64,000 nt of DNA from the NCBI GenBank assembly GCA_951406725.2, contig OX597814.1, positions 154,628,001 to 154,692,000 on the forward strand, given 5' to 3'. The position numbers were made by a program, and so were the translations under genes. The notes below the pieces were generated by a model. The model did not search any database. It was not told the DNA's origin and was given only the letters and a program-made list of their open reading frames with translations. Of this stretch, positions 26,050 to 38,559 are shown piece after piece (position 1 is the first letter of the stretch; the number at the start of each line of letters is the position of its first letter). This stretch comes from Octopus vulgaris (Eukaryota).

Positions 26050-26375
26050 ACGCACAGACATAAACATGTGTGTGTGTGTGAATGTGTGTATGTATCCACG
26101 TATGTATGTATATATATATGTGTGTACGTGTATGTGTGTGTTGGCTTCTCATTGGTAATGCTTTTCGCTCTCTCGCTCTCACTCTCTCTCTCTCTGTATA
26201 TATATATATATATATTTACATATATACACATATATATTTTTAGAGAGAGAGAGAGAGAAAGAGCGAAAAGGATTACCAATGAGAAGCCAACACACACACA
26301 CATATATATTTACATACGAAGATACATACGTACACACATTCACACACACATATGTGTGTGTCTGTGTGTATACAC
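26050..26375. repeat. Local inverted duplication centred on (TA)n
   Basis: GTGTTGGCTTCTCATTGGTAATGCTTTTCGCTCT is mirrored by AGAGCGAAAAGGATTACCAATGAGAAGCCAACAC; flanking microsatellites are mirrored too. Confidence 0.88.
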
Positions 26376-26547
26376 ACATACCCTTATTTGTGGACGTATA
26401 TAAACATATATATGCATTTATATATTTACATGTAAGGGTATATGTATGTACCGACACATACACGTGTGTTCTTAGTCATATGGGTAAGAGATGTTTGCAA
26501 ATCATAAAACGGAATCTGTTTGACGGTGGAGTGTGTGTATACTTGAC

Positions 26548-26704
26548 TTCAAGAGTCGCTGTCGACTTACAAGATGTTTCAACTGGAGATCTGCAGGACT
26601 ATCTTCAGATCCTTCAAATGAGAGTATAAACTGTTTATACTCTGAAGAATTTGAAGATAGTTCTGATCTCCAGATGAAACATCGTGCGATCTGAAACTCT
26701 TGAA
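26548..26704. repeat. Degenerate fold-back with hammerhead-like remnants
   Basis: Centre GAGTATAAAC-T-GTTTATACTC; outer GATGTTTCAACTGGAGATC / GATCTCCAGATGAAACATC; minus strand has CTGAAGA...GAAACATCTTGTA. Confidence 0.75.
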
Positions 26705-26900
26705 CACACAAGCACACAAACAGATAAACATTCATATGAGTATATGCATGTGTGTGTGTTTGTGTGTTTGTATATATATATATATATAAACATATACTGA
26801 TTTTTATATGAATCTACATGCTCAAACACACTCAAACATGCACTCATATATTTAACATACATGAATATATATGCAGGCATACACTCACACACACACACAA

Positions 26901-26933
<33 letters not shown>

Positions 26934-26938
26934 CACAC

Positions 26939-26974
<36 letters not shown>

Positions 26975-27359
26975 ATATATATATATACACATACATATGT
27001 GATGTATGTATGTCAGTAGAAAATGGCGTGGTTGTGTCTGTTAATAAAGTGACAATAAAAATCTCTTACTCAGACATAAATCACTAGGAGTTAAGGGTGT
27101 ATTACTCCTTAAAAATAATCTGGGTGGAAATGTATTTGATAAGACATTTTTTGAGAGAGAGAAAGAAAGAGACAGAGAGTGGGAGAGAGAGAGCGAAGAA
27201 TTGGATGGGAACACTATCCACTTACCTCTCCTCCTTATCATCTTCATCTTCCCTCCAATTCTTGTATCATCTTCCGCATTCATTTTTTTCTCGCATCCTC
27301 CTTCACTTTTTCCCCATACCTCATACCACATCTTTCTCTCGTTCGCATTATTTCTCTAA

Positions 27360-27467
27360 CCCTTTCTCTCCCTGTTTCTCTCTCCCTGATTCTCTCTTCC
27401 TGTTTCTCTCTCCCTTTCTCTTTCTTCTCTCTCCCTTTCTCTTTCTTCTCTCTCCCTTTCTCTTTCT

Positions 27468-27523
<56 letters not shown>

Positions 27524-27530
27524 ATTCTTC
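27360..27530. repeat. Polypyrimidine tract with 21-bp unit x3 and (TTTC)n
   Basis: TCTCTCCCTTTCTCTTTCTTC repeated, then TTTC repeats. Confidence 0.9.
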
Positions 27531-27796
27531 CTCTCTATGTCAGTCTGTTTTAATGTTTCTCTTATCTCACCCTCACATACCCGGTCTCTATCATTCTTTT
27601 CCTTCTTTCTCCATTTATTAATATTTTTTCTTCTTCCTGCCTGTCTCATTCCTCTCTCTCTCTCTCTCTTTCACTTTTCTTGTACACCTCTCTCTCTCTC
27701 TCCCCTTTTGTTTCTCTTCTTTGCTCCTACGGCTTCTCCTACAATGTCCCACGATTCCCCGCCCCCTATCCACCATAATTACACTCCCACACACGC

Positions 27797-27851
<55 letters not shown>

Positions 27852-28591
27852 CTAAAGAGTATTTTGACCTACACTTCTGAATACTCTTATACAACAGCAT
27901 TCCACTTTGCGATCCCCTCGTTTCGTGTTTTATTCTCGTTCACTTTTCGTCTCTTTTTCTTCCTTATTTTCTTTTTATGCTTTGTTACTTTTATATTTTT
28001 CTTTCTTTCTTTCTTCCCTTCTTTCTGTCCTTTATTTTTTTTTTTTTGTCTTGAATCTTCTATCCTTTATCCCCACCCCCACCTTTTTTTTTCACTTTTC
28101 TATCGTTTCATTTTCTACTTTCTGATTCTTCACCTAATTCTTATTTATCTTCTTTCTTTATTTCATTTTTTTTCTTGAAATTGTTTTTCTTTGTCATATT
28201 CTTGTTCTTTCCGTCTCCTCCTCCATCTCCGTTATTGCCACCTTCACCACCACCAACGCCCCCCCCCCCCCCATCATCATCATCATCTTATTTTTCCCTG
28301 AAAACAATCTATACCCTAACAAAGAAAACTGCTTAGTGATTAGTTAGAATTATGTAATTGTTAGCAAACAGAAAGCAATTGTTAAAGTCTGAAATATGTA
28401 GAAAATTCTTATAAATTCAAATATATGTATTTTTATTATTAAAGATTAAAGCAAACGTTTACATAACTTACCTTTATTCACTGCAACATGTCTCTCTCTC
28501 TCTCTTTCGACCAACTCTCTCTCTCTCTCTCTCACTCTCTACCGCACTATTCAATTGTTTACATTTATATATATCCCTACAATATTATTAT

Positions 28592-28858
28592 ATGTTCCCT
28601 GTGACTTTTGTCTGTTTCTCAAGCTGAAGAAGAACCTCAAATGCAGTCGGTTTGAAGACGTTGAGAAGATGAAAGAAACTGTGACAAGAACCGCCGACAG
28701 CTTCACCTTGGAGGACTTCCATGGGGCCTTCACGAAGTGACTGAGAGCTACAACACGTGCATTGAGGTCAGAGGAGCCTACTTTGAAGGAGATTAGGGTT
28801 TTGTACTTCTTCGAAATTAATAATTGTCTCTTATGGACTTCTAGAATGCACCTAGTAT
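28592..28858 (+). mobile_element. Mariner 3' fragment
   Basis: PCDFCLFLKLKKNLK..RFEDVEKMK...CIEVRGAYFEGD* followed by a TIR-like end. Confidence 0.85.
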
Positions 28859-28862
28859 ATAC

Positions 28863-28914
<52 letters not shown>

Positions 28915-29129
28915 TTCCTTACTTATCATTTCTCCACGTGCGGTCAACACAAGCCCACCATTTATTGATATATATATATATATATATATATGTATTAATT
29001 ATATACTGTTTATTTATTATTATGTACCTTATTGTGATCTAGGTAAATGTTTATCATATATTATATTTTTTCTATATGGTATGATTTACGTCAATCATTG
29101 TTTGAATTACATAATAGTATAATAGTGTT

Positions 29130-29455
29130 GTATCTGGGGAGAGTCGTTTTTTTGTGCCTTATTATTTAACACACTCACCGGTAAAATTTCCACTTATTTC
29201 TTATCTCTATTGTCCTAAAATTTTCGTTGCGTGTTGCAACCTTTTCAATAGTTTTAGAGAGTCAAAACTATTGAAAAGGTTGCAACACGCAACGATAATT
29301 TTAAGACAATAAGAATAAGAAATAAGTGGAAATTTTACCGGTGAGTGCGTTAAATAATAAGGCACAAAAAGAAAATGACTCTCCCCAGACACAGTAGAAT
29401 ATGCTTCAACACACGAACTCATATAAAGAATCTTGCAAACCAAATCCAAACATGA
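29130..29455. mobile_element. Fold-back element with asymmetric tail and 14-bp TSD
   Basis: ~125-bp inverted arms around 29256-29263, tail to 29455; AGTATAATAGTGTT at 29116-29129 and 29456-29469. Confidence 0.85.
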
Positions 29456-29480
29456 AGTATAATAGTGTTTTTTTTCTTTA

Positions 29481-29524
<44 letters not shown>

Positions 29525-30113
29525 GCCGTGTATGTGTGTAACCTGGGCATGAAGTTATACTGCATTCTGTGGTGAGGATTCAGTTCAGCAGTTCTGGAAT
29601 TATGGGGAGCATGGAGTCATTACTCCTAGATATCTTTTCTGACTCGGAACAGTAATCTCTGTCAGGATCCTGTCTACGGGTTAAATAGATTTCACGGGGG
29701 TAAAGGAGTATCCTTTTGTTTTTCGGTAAAACAGATGGGGAGCAGCTCTTCAAGGAGAAAGATATTCTTACATAAAACTTGCAGTCAAAATAGTACTAGT
29801 CATCTTGCGATATTTGTCACTGGAACTTACTATGGCAACCGAGAGAGCAGCAAAAGTGTTGTACAAGTTATTGTGACTTAATTACAATGAAGTTCGAATC
29901 TATCTCTATCATTTCTTTTCTTGATCCATTTTGCATCGTATGAAGTCCTACGGCGATGGATGATTGGGGAAAAGTCCGCACACATGCAAGGATGAAAGCA
30001 AAACAGCACAATCAAGCTGATTGTGAGACGGCTGTCATCTGACAAAGTCGGGCAGTCATCATGCATGTATGTATTAGAGATAAACTGAAAAAAGAAGAAG
30101 AAGAAGAAGAAGA

Positions 30114-30170
<57 letters not shown>

Positions 30171-30299
30171 TGAGAGGGTGAGGATCAGTCCAGTGCTGGA
30201 TAAGTTATTTATTGCCTTCAAAAGGATGAAAGGTAAAAATGACCCTTCGCGGGTTTTGAACTCAGATTTCAAACATACAGTATACATATATACATACAT

Positions 30300-30361
<62 letters not shown>

Positions 30362-30379
30362 TGTTTTTTTGTGAATTTT

Positions 30380-30381
<2 letters not shown>

Positions 30382-30424
<43 letters not shown>

Positions 30425-30465
30425 TCGTACACGCATACGCACACACACATATATGTATGCATTAT

Positions 30466-30515
<50 letters not shown>

Positions 30516-30563
30516 TCGTACACGCATACGCACACACACATATATGTATGCATTATCAACATA
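30382..30563. repeat. Tandem duplication of (TA)n + ~49-bp unit
   Basis: CTCGTACACGCATACGCACACACACATATATGTATGCATTATCAACATA at ~30424 and ~30515. Confidence 0.92.
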
Positions 30564-31379
30564 TTTTGTTAGTTATTTATTATGAAATTTTTGTAACAAC
30601 GTCGTTGCTGATAGTGAAGAGAGAATTGGCGACACATAAGAAGCTAAGATTGTACGTAACTTGATTAAAAGGTCAAATGCAGTCTTAATTCTTGGCCTAA
30701 CTTCTTGGTTTGTCGACAGCAAGACTGGGTCCAATGCCTTTCCAATGACAACTACATGATGATTGAAAGAAAGGAGAGGGGAAATGGAGACTTGGATCCA
30801 TGTATCAAGATAAATTACTCTTTTGTCAGGGTTTGTCTTTGTAGGTTGGGGAGATACAAAATAAGATTTTGATTACAATGACACGGGAGCATTAGCCTTC
30901 ATTAATCTTTCACGGCCATCAACACCTCACAGGAGACTTATCACCAATGACGAGTAATAATAATAATAATAATAATAATAGTAATAATAATAATGATAAT
31001 AATAACTGATTGAAAAAATGAAATATATTGTGGAAGAGAAAAAGTACATAAAACATTACGTAGACGTCTCAATTTTATTCTGTCTTTACACACAAAAAAA
31101 TACGCTCGCATCCACCACACATACATGCTCATACCCTCCACACACACGCCCGCGCGCGTGCGTGCGCATATGTGTACTTACACACACTCAAAAATAATCA
31201 TACACGCACGAACCCCTTATGTATAGGTATTTAAGTTTTTAGTACTGAATAGATTTTTAGCGTGGTGTTTGTCAAAATTTATTGATTGTTGCTCTTTCTA
31301 TTTTATGAAGACCTTTCCTATGACCCGTTGTTACAATTCAACGACTTCCATTTTTAATGTACAAATACGTAATAATAAT

Positions 31380-31416
<37 letters not shown>

Positions 31417-31429
31417 AGAGAGAGAGAGA

Positions 31430-31483
<54 letters not shown>

Positions 31484-32229
31484 TCCCCGTTTAGCCAACC
31501 TTTGGTATGTAGCTTCGGCCAATATATATTTTTTCTCTAGCTACCTGCTGAAATTTATTTTTGTATTGTGTGACACAGCTCTACTATCAGTGTGTTCGCT
31601 CACATATATTGATTTCTCTGTCCACGTGCAAATATATACGTCTGTTTAAACACGTGGGTAGATTATGAGATCAACCAATTATATTCGTAGCAAGAATCAA
31701 CAATATTAAAGGACGCACATTTGTATATATATGCGTATACAACTCAGAACGTTATCTAACTTCCTTTGTAATACGCATGGAAATATCCACCAATTTTGAC
31801 TGTATCTATTATAATATCCTTTAGCTTATTGTGTATGATTTATATGCAGAGGTGGTATTTATTTGGCTTTGTCTATTTATATAATCACATTTCGATGTAA
31901 TTATCATTGTTAACATTTGTTATTGATATGCTGTCGTGACTGTAGTCTACAAGCAGATTATCATAATACTTCGTTTAATTTTCTGAAGTTATTATTTAAC
32001 CTCGTAACATACACATTTTTGATTTTCAATTTCCCTGCAAAATGTATCATATTTTTTATTATTATTTATTTTGAATCTGTTTATAAGGAAGAATATGTGT
32101 ACAAATTTACTTAGGATCAGTTATGATTTATTATGAAATTACTGATAGAAATGTTAGTTACTGATAGAAAACAGAAATAACATCATGAACGTGTGTATGT
32201 GTGTGTGTATGTATGCATAATAAATTCAA

Positions 32230-32387
32230 ATAAACGAATAAAATTAACGGACAACAAGAGAATGTGCACAGGGGATATATTAGCTTGACGCTCGGTGAAA
32301 AGAGACAATTTAACGTTTCGAGTATAGTTCTTCATCGGAAAGGAGAAAGGGAAAAGTGTAAAGAAGGAAAAGAAATCGCCAACAATA
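32230..32387 (-). mobile_element. Family R1 short element with degenerate hammerhead
   Basis: Minus strand ATTGTTGGCGATTT start; TTT-CCGATGA-A-GAACTATACTC-GAAA-CG-TT-AAA at 32309-32341. Confidence 0.65.
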
Positions 32388-33569
32388 TGTGTGTGTATAT
32401 ATATGTGTGCGTGTGTGTGTGTGTATACACATATATATACATATATAAATACAGCCACACACACACACATAATTTTAAGTAAACTGCATACGTTCTACTT
32501 TGGTTCATGTATGTTGATCACTATATAAATTCTAGCATGTATTCAATTAAAATTTTTCTATTCCATGCCTATTTATATAGAAATAGACTCATTTACATAC
32601 TGGATAACTTAATATGATACGCAATATATTTTTCCTTTCTCTAATTGTAGATTCATCAGCGAACCTAAAAGGAAAGCAAAAAAAAAAAAAACTAACAAAA
32701 AAGCAAACAAGGACGTCTATGACCAAACAAAGTCTTATGGATACTTAAAAGAAAAATAGTGTTTCAATATTTCTAAGCATACTATTCATGAGTTCTTTTC
32801 TCGACAGTCATTGAATGCTTTTTTCGTACAGTATTACCCTGTAATTGATGAAGTTTGACTCAAGAACCGAAGTCATCTGGTGTTTTCAATGGTCGCTGCC
32901 GGGAATAATTTTCGTCTCTCTCCGATGTTGATTGCATTTTAAAGATATTTGTCCTGAGTGGATATCTGAGAACAAATATCGCAGTAACTTGCTTATCAAC
33001 ACTCTGTATACGTTAAATATGATACATAGCTATTTCAGCTAGCTGCTGCTTCAATAGCGTATACCGGTTTTTTATCCATAGTCAGTTATATTTTCACATA
33101 GGAGGTATTGTGACTCAATTTCAAAATTCGTTTAATGATCCCCATTTTACGGTGCAAGAATTTTGCTCTGTAATACAGGGATCATCAAGTCAATTTATGT
33201 AATATGTAGTATTTTAGATTGACAGCTTAGTTTATCAGCAATATTATAGTGTTCCAGCATTTGATTTTGAAGCAGCATTTTATTTTTATGAAAATTACCC
33301 AATAAATGTCCTTGGCAATTGACGATTATTGTTCGTATTTAAGTACATAGCATTAATTCCCGTCCATAATACTTATCTCACAACTATATGCCAACTGAAA
33401 ATGTAATTTTCATGCAAGCCGTTAAAAATGCATTCAATTGCCTTTTAACCTACATGTGCTTGAAAGTGAATAATTTTCAACGGTTCCTCATCGCCTTTGA
33501 CTAATTTCTATATTACTTTTTAAGATTCTTTTCGCTTGCGCTAAACTGAGGAACAAGTTGCAAATTTCG

Positions 33570-33775
33570 TCTTAAACGTACTTAAACTTAGAAAGGATTT
33601 CTTCAGCGGTATGCGAACATGCTAAATGAAGAGAATGGCAAATGCATTTTATGAGAATTAAGTATGGATTATAACATGTGGAGAGAGGATTATCAACGCC
33701 AAATAATTTTGTTTCGTCTGATGCAACAGCAAAACAATCTTTTTTTAATATTAATTCCAATATAACATGATGAAC
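33570..33775 (-). pseudogene. hAT transposase relic
   Basis: CFAVASD..LFG...PYLILIKCICHSLHLACSH contains the hAT CxxH motif after the second catalytic D. Confidence 0.65.
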
Positions 33776-33779
33776 CGGC

Positions 33780-33968
33780 AGATATGTTAGTATGTCGGGC
33801 ATAATACTTAGCGGCGTTTCGTTCGCCTTAACGTTCTTAGTTCAAATTCCGCCGAGGTCAACTTTGCCTTTTATCCTTTCGGTGTTGATAAAATAGTACC
33901 AGTTGAGTACAGTGGTCGATGTTATCGACTTACCTCCTCCCCTGGAATTGCTAGACTTGCGCCAAAAT
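33780..33968 (+). mobile_element. SINE family B-related copy
   Basis: GTTCAAATTCCGCCGAGGTCAACTTTGCCTTTTATCCTTTCGG core. Confidence 0.8.
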
Positions 33969-33980
33969 TATATATATATA

Positions 33981-34027
<47 letters not shown>

Positions 34028-34031
<4 letters not shown>

Positions 34032-34306
34032 TAAGTAATTAAGGGTTTAGCAACGAATTGCCTCACCAACACACCGAATTTAGAAATAGCAGTCAAAGAG
34101 ATATAGCTATTCCTTCTACTAAAAGGGGGATCTCAGTAAAAACACAGCACTTGAAAGGCAAACACAGACAGGTAAGAAAGGTAAGTGCTGTGTTTTTACT
34201 GAGATCCCCTTTTAGTAGAAGGAATAGCTATATCTCTTTGACTGCTATTTCTAAATTCGGTGTGTTGGTGAGGCAATTCGTTGCTAAACCCTTAATTACT
34301 TAGTAT
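34028..34306. repeat. Near-perfect fold-back (~124-bp arms, 30-bp spacer) in (TA)n, with tail to ~34405
   Basis: Arms 34028-34152 and 34183-34306 differ, by eye, only by a G5/C4 indel. Confidence 0.95.
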
Positions 34307-34403
34307 TACTTAAATTTTCCTCGAATGGGGCTTTTACATGCCGAAATCTACTTGGTGTAATTGATAATTATCCCTAATTAATTAATTTCACCCTTTATTA
34401 TTA

Positions 34404-34407
<4 letters not shown>

Positions 34408-34476
<69 letters not shown>

Positions 34477-34843
34477 ATATATATATAAATATATATATGT
34501 ATATATATATGTATATATGTATATATATCTATATGTATATATGTATATATATATGTATATACGTGTATATATATGTATATATATATGTATGTATATATGA
34601 ATATATATATATGTACAGATGTATATATGTATATATATATATTATATGTATATATATATATATTATATGGGTATATATATATATATGCATATATGTATAT
34701 ATATATATATATGTATACGTATATATATGCGTCTATGTATATATATGTATATATATATATATGTATGTATTTATATATATATATGTGTATATATATATAT
34801 ATATACATATGTACATATATGTATATATATATATGTAAGTATG

Positions 34844-34876
<33 letters not shown>

Positions 34877-35061
34877 GCAATAGGGTGTGTATATATATAT
34901 GCATATATATATATGTATGCGTATATATATGCGTATATGTATATATATGTATATATACATACATGTATGTATTTATATATATGTATATATATATGTATAT
35001 ATATATATGTATACATATATATATATATATATGTATGTATATATATGTATATATATATATG

Positions 35062-35137
<76 letters not shown>
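34408..35137. repeat. Long degenerate (TA)n/(TATG) tract
   Basis: Direct reading; a similar tract lies at 35491-35798. Confidence 0.97.
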
Positions 35138-35138
<1 letters not shown>

Positions 35139-35487
35139 GATAACAATAGGGTAATAAGAAATTATTAATAGCAGTGGACCACTGCGCAAGCGTAGATTAT
35201 TTCCGGCGGCAGAGGCCTGAAAAGTTAGAATATACAGGCAGTTAGTTTTACATGTGGATCTGGCTGTGTGTGTATTTGAAATCCAAAGGCTTTCCTACTG
35301 ACGAAAACTGGCCTCAGCAAATATTTTTTTGCTGGAAATAGTTAGAAACCATGGTCTAGGAAATAATTGAGATGGTAAACGTTTTTAATTTTCATTCCTT
35401 TCGAGAATTTATCCTTAATTGGTGGGGTGAGTTCTACTTCTCTTTCTAGCACAAGGATTTCCTATTTGGAAGCCTCTTGATTTATTT

Positions 35488-35490
<3 letters not shown>
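35138..35490 (+). mobile_element. ~350-bp non-coding hammerhead-bearing unit embedded in (TA)n
   Basis: Complex sequence bounded on both sides by TA tracts, with a central hammerhead. Confidence 0.55.
35291..35363 (+). ncRNA. Type-I hammerhead ribozyme with extended stem II
   Basis: TTTCCTA-CTGACGA-a-AACT..CAGCAAA-loop-TTTGCTG..AGTT-a-GAAA-CCATGG-TC-TAGGAAA; 7-bp stem I, palindromic stem III, GUC triplet. Confidence 0.82.
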
Positions 35491-35529
<39 letters not shown>

Positions 35530-35545
35530 ATGTATATATATGTAA

Positions 35546-35580
<35 letters not shown>

Positions 35581-35617
35581 TGTATATATATATATATATA
35601 TCTATATATATTGTATG

Positions 35618-35649
<32 letters not shown>

Positions 35650-36280
35650 TACCTATATATATGTACATATATGTACATATATGTATATATATGCATATAT
35701 GTATATATATATTTATATATATATATATGTTAATATATGTGTGTATATATATGCATGTATATATGTATATATGCATATGTATATATGCATATATATAGCG
35801 TTCGTAATACTTTTTTCGTTCGGCGTTAACAGCCCTTCTTATCTTGTTTTTCCTTGTCCTGTCTTTTACTGCTTAAATTTTGTACTGTCGTTACCGTCCT
35901 GTTTTTGTTACCATTTTTACCCCTCTGCAAAAAGATCTCAAATTTTAATTGATTTGCTTTTCGCAGGAGGGAAAGTTTCTTATTCGAAAATACGTCTCGC
36001 CTTCACCTTCGAAACGTAGAGTAGATGAAACCATGGCGACTGAAGAAGGGTTTTTTTCTTTGTGTTAATTGTCCTGTACTCTATTTTTTTGTTGTTAAAA
36101 AAATGTCCAGTTCATTGGGTTTGTGTCTATGTTTTCGTTTCTCATTGTGTTCGACGGTTTTTTGGTGTCCTGTCCTCATATATGCGTGTATATATACATG
36201 TAGAGGTAGGTACGTACATATATGTTTATATATATGCATATGTTTTTATTCATTAATATATATATATATATATATATATA

Positions 36281-36374
36281 GTTAATCCAAACAAGAAAAC
36301 ACAAAAAAACACAACAACGCGAGGACGTGGAACAAATATAGTATTATTGGACGCTCAGGAAAGAAGGAAAGAAG

Positions 36375-36378
<4 letters not shown>
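36281..36378 (-). mobile_element. 3' fragment of family R1
   Basis: Reverse complement of ~63310-63397; flanked by (TA)n. Confidence 0.75.
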
Positions 36379-36410
<32 letters not shown>

Positions 36411-36418
<8 letters not shown>

Positions 36419-36615
36419 AGTGAATTGAAGAAATGGAGTTGAACGAAGATTGAACAGAAATCCTTTTATTGCATTCTACACGTGTTTCGAAAGCCACAAT
36501 TTACCAAATTCCGTAAATTTGGTAAATTGTGGCTTTCGAAACACGTGTAGAATGCAATAAAAGGATTTCTGTTCAATCTTCGTTCAACTCCATTTCTTCA
36601 ATTCACTAATAATAT
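36411..36615. repeat. Perfect hairpin, 100-bp arms, 5-nt loop
   Basis: 36411-36510 is the exact reverse complement of 36516-36615; contains GAAACACGTGTA (hammerhead 3' half). Confidence 0.97.
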
Positions 36616-36767
36616 TAAAATTCAATTATCCGCACCAACGCACGGTTGCAACACCATATGGTTGTACCTCCAACCGTGCTTTCTTCTGCTGTGATTTTTG
36701 CTACCAGGGTATCGGTTAAACTTTTGATTAATCTGCAACAAGATTATTCATCTTTCTATTTCACCAA

Positions 36768-36884
<117 letters not shown>

Positions 36885-36977
36885 TGTGTGTGTGTGCGTC
36901 TGTGTGTGTGTGCGTGTGTGTGTGTGTAAGTGTGTGTTTGTGTGTAAACAAACAGAGTGTGCTTTGCGCTACATGTA

Positions 36978-37200
36978 TATATCAAGGGTTGAAGAGAAAA
37001 TAACAAGGAGAAAAGTTTGGACGAAAGCAGAGCAAACGGAAAACTATACTAAATCTTATCGGAAGGGAAATTTTCCGTGTATCATGTCTTGATTTCCCGT
37101 CTGTTAAATTTTATTCTAGTTTTCCGACTGTGCTACTTTCGACTAATTCTTTTCTCCCTGTAACGGTTTTTCTGTTCCCTCTGTTCAACTCTTGATGCAT
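36978..37200. repeat. Degenerate fold-back
   Basis: TCAAGGGTTGAA / TTCAACTCTTGA, GGAGAAAAG / CTTTTCTCC and CGGAAAACTA / TAGTTTTCCG are nested. Confidence 0.7.
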
Positions 37201-37922
37201 ACATATATATGTATGTGTGTGTGTGCGTGTGCGTGTGCGTGCGTGGGTGGGTGTCTGTTTGTCTGTATGCGCGTGAGTGCGAGCGTGTGTGTATATGTGT
37301 GTGTATATGTATGTATGTATGTATGTATGCATGCATGTATGTATGTATGTATGTACGTATTATGTATGTATGTATGTACGTATGTATGTAGGTATGTATG
37401 TATATAAGTATGTATATCTGTGTGTATGCATGTGTGTGTGCAAATGTTTCTCTTCCTGATTGAATTTCCTGTTATAGCCATTGAGCCTATTGTGTTCTGT
37501 CCCTCACAGAAGTTAATTAGCTCGCCATATTAATTAATGAAATTGTTTATTCCTCCACAATATGTACGGTCACACGAACTTCATTGTTTTTCCTTTCTTC
37601 TTCTCTTGGTGTGGAATTCGTCTCTGAGCAATTTTCTTCAATCATTAAGGTAATGTATAACGCCTACTTATGTAGACACAAAACGTTCTTGCACATCAAT
37701 ATACTAATTTGCTTATCCCTAATTCGCCAAGTACGGAGAAGGCTGTCTCACCAGGGAACCTAATAATCTAGAAACGTACTCGGTAAGTTTTCACCCATAA
37801 TTTTCAAAATCAATTTAGAATATAATTAATCGTTGGATGTTTTTTCAGTGTCCCGTAAGAAATATTGATAAATATTTTTACCTCACTACATTAGATATAT
37901 AAATATTGAGGTTACTTTAAAT

Positions 37923-38181
37923 CAGTGGTTCTCAGTGGGGGTCCACACGGCCCATTGGAGGTCAATATAAGATTTTGTTGTTAAAATTTATCTGTAATAA
38001 ATTGGTTTTACTTCTAAAATACACAAAATATTTTAATAATTTTCTTTTACGTTTCTTAATAATATTTGATTATATGTATAAATATAATAGAATTTTTTAA
38101 ACATCGAATGGCTAGAAGGGTTCATCCAAGTAAAATAGGGATCAAAAAGATCCATAAGCAAAAAATGGTTGAGAAACACTG
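37923..38181. mobile_element. hAT (Charlie-like) MITE
   Basis: TIR CAGTGGTTCTCA / TGAGAAACACTG; perfect 8-bp TSD CTTTAAAT at 37915-37922 and 38182-38189. Confidence 0.92.
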
Positions 38182-38455
38182 CTTTAAATAGACGCCTGTC
38201 TTATAACAAAATTTGCTGGAAATCAAAGATAAAGTCACTATTTTTGTTCTTTCTGGCGTGATTTACGCATCTTTTAAACTTTAAGAAATTTCCGAAGAAG
38301 CCACTTGCTAGTCAAGTTATTAAGGACCATTCGTAACGAATTCTTTCATCGTTTTAAACTCCTATGAAGCAATAGGGTGAGTGTGTCGTATCTGGTAGCA
38401 GAATCAACTGTAAGCTAATGAAATTAATGTCGCAATTTCTTATACACTTGTTATT

Positions 38456-38502
<47 letters not shown>

Positions 38503-38559
38503 CATACACACACACACACATGCACACACACACTTATATTCTTTTATTCTTTTAAATTT

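Noticed and set aside
34401-35189. Long ORFs such as the 262-aa YI-rich frame and the many HT/CV/YI/ER/MYVC ORFs
   Set aside because: Translations of stop-free microsatellites; no domain content.
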